The notes under the pieces: model-generated
The model's database searches: none
What the model was told of the DNA's origin: nothing
Seen by the model: the letters and a program-made list of their open reading frames with translations, nothing else
IMG/VR virus record: IMGVR_UViG_3300040771_000127
Origin: a virus
DNA: 64,000 nt
Direction: 5' to 3' (one strand)
Position numbers and translations under genes: made by a program
Shown here: in pieces, positions 62,565 to 64,000 of the stretch
How positions within the stretch are numbered: the stretch's first letter is position 1
How the letters are laid out: every line of letters starts with the position of its first letter

Positions 62565-64000
62565 ATGGCTAAAAAGAAAATAAAAGAGCGTATTAATGAT
62601 ACAGCCTTTACAACCTCGGGAGCTAGTATAGACAGTATTGAAAACCTTATAGAGAAAGAGTTAGGATCAATATCTTTCGATGCACATTTTGTTACTGCCA
62701 AGACTATGCAGTTTGGTAAGCTACTTACGGGTATACCTTTGTACTCATATCAAGAAATGATTGCTTATAGAATCATATATGCGGTACTTACTTTAGAGAA
62801 TACTACAATTACTATGTTACTTTCTAGGCAGTCGGGTAAGTCCGAAACTTTGGCTTTCGTGGTTAATACTCTTTCCACACTACTTCCAGCACTTGCTACT
62901 GTTTTTGAGGACTTGGATCAGTTCAAGCTTGGTATTAAGATAGGTTTATTTGCACCACAAGCCGACCAGGTATTTACTACTTACAATAGAGCCTTACTTC
63001 GTTTAGATAATGAGAACGCTGAAATGGTACTAGGAGACCCAGACTTGAATGTTGAACTTACTAAGCCTACAAAGTATGAGCTTACCAATGGTAGTTACAT
63101 GATGGGTCAAGTAGCAAGTAAACAATCAAAAATAGAATCGAAAACTTATGACCTTATACTTCTTGAAGAGGCACAAGATTTGGATACTACACTAGTACAA
63201 AAGTCTATTGAGCCAATGGTTTCCGCAGTAGGAGGAACAATTATAAAATGTGGAACTACCGGAACTAGTAAGTCTGATTTTTGGCAGGAGATACAATACA
63301 ATATTAAGCGATCGGTACAAATTGCTGATGGACGTTTAAAGTATCATTTAGAATTTAATCACAAAATGATTTTTAAAAGTAAGAGGGAACAGTTCGCTAT
63401 AGATGGTAAAAAATTTCACCTACTGTACGAACGTGATGTTGAGGCCAAAGAAAAAAAGTGGGGTAGGGATGCCACACCTTTCCGTTTAGGTTATGCACTT
63501 GAATGGGACTTGGATAGTGGTATGCTTATCTCAGATAAACTATTTAAAAAAGTTTGTAACCGTAGAAAGGGTCTTGGTGTTTTTGAAGATGAAGACATTA
63601 TGGTTGCAGGACTAGATATTGGTAAAGATCAATCCTCTACAATTGTTACTATAGGTAAAGTAATTTTCAATCCTATAGATGACTTAGGAGACCAAGATAT
63701 TAAAAAGGAACTGGTTGACTGGATGGAATTACACAAGGTAGACTATGAGACACAATTTAATGAGGTTGTCGATTTTTTACTAGAATATAATGTTTCAGCA
63801 GTAACTTGTGATTATACAGGTGTAGGTAAACCTTTTGTTGATAGGTTACGTGCAGCAGTAGGTGATGTTATACATATTATAGAGTACCCATTTAGTACTT
63901 CTAGTAAATCAGATTTGTGGTTAAATCTTTTAAGCTACTTTGAAACTGGTAGATTTATATTGCCCGCAAATTCGCAGGCTCAGAAAACAGAAACTTGGGA
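62565..64000 (+). CDS. terL: Terminase large subunit (5' part; runs off the window)
   Basis: My own translation from ATG 62565 gives MAKKKIKERINDTAF.... Walker A-like LLSRQSGKSE and Walker B YDLILLEEAQ. The frame stays open to position 64000. It is absent from the ORF track because it is incomplete. Confidence 0.8.
   Translation, partial: MAKKKIKERINDTAFTTSGASIDSIENLIEKELGSISFDAHFVTAKTMQFGKLLTGIPLYSYQEMIAYRIIYAVLTLENTTITMLLSRQSGKSETLAFVVNTLSTLLPALATVFEDLDQFKLGIKIGLFAPQADQVFTTYNRALLRLDNENAEMVLGDPDLNVELTKPTKYELTNGSYMMGQVASKQSKIESKTYDLILLEEAQDLDTTLVQKSIEPMVSAVGGTIIKCGTTGTSKSDFWQEIQYNIKRSVQIADGRLKYHLEFNHKMIFKSKREQFAIDGKKFHLLYERDVEAKEKKWGRDATPFRLGYALEWDLDSGMLISDKLFKKVCNRRKGLGVFEDEDIMVAGLDIGKDQSSTIVTIGKVIFNPIDDLGDQDIKKELVDWMELHKVDYETQFNEVVDFLLEYNVSAVTCDYTGVGKPFVDRLRAAVGDVIHIIEYPFSTSSKSDLWLNLLSYFETGRFILPANSQAQKTETW

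Noticed and set aside
1-64000. Stop-codon reassignment (as in some Bacteroidota-infecting phages)
   Set aside because: Long ORFs with intact conserved motifs (polA, MTase, helicases, tape measure) read through normally under the standard code. Gene ends use TAA, TAG and TGA without leaving anomalous gaps.

Overview
This window is an AT-rich, gene-dense dsDNA bacteriophage segment, probably most of the genome of a contractile-tailed phage. All ~105 credible genes are on the + strand and are tightly packed, with many ATGA/TAATG-type overlaps. Every minus-strand ORF in the track looks like a shadow. Order along the window: (1) the 3' end of an upstream gene; (2) lysis genes (N-acetylmuramidase endolysin plus membrane proteins); (3) a P2/Mu-type contractile tail module (sheath, tube, chaperone with a -1 frameshift site, tape measure, LysM protein, gpD-like hub, spike, gp25/W, J, I, fibre); (4) a helicase and GTP cyclohydrolase I; (5) an early-looking block that opens with a very acidic protein; (6) a replication/recombination module (organizer-like protein, HNH, DnaC-like loader, RNase H, C5 DNA methyltransferase, DnaB-like helicase, primase, gp32-like SSB, family A polymerase, RecA-like, PD-(D/E)XK nucleases, MoxR ATPase + VWA/metallopeptidase pair); (7) a SpoVS-like / retropepsin-like / histone-H1-like trio; (8) a 7-deazaguanine DNA-modification island (QueC-like, DpdA-like, QueE, QueD, with unassigned genes interleaved); (9) ~35 small ORFans; (10) a ~2.7 kb repeat-rich region (53.4-56.1 kb) in which oppositely oriented TACACAC-type repeat arrays flank three small tandem genes, at least two of them paralogous; (11) a lipoprotein/OMP moron; (12) a KTSC-domain protein and the 5' part of the large terminase, which runs off the window. 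RNA-level features are one atypical tRNA-like element, several intergenic elements closed by 9-14 bp long-range stems, intrinsic terminators and TAnnTTTG promoter-like boxes. Those boxes, together with weak Shine-Dalgarno usage, point to a Bacteroidota (Flavobacteriia-like) host. No integrase, repressor, CRISPR array, rRNA or transposase was seen. Most function calls rest on motifs read by eye and on synteny, not on database searches.
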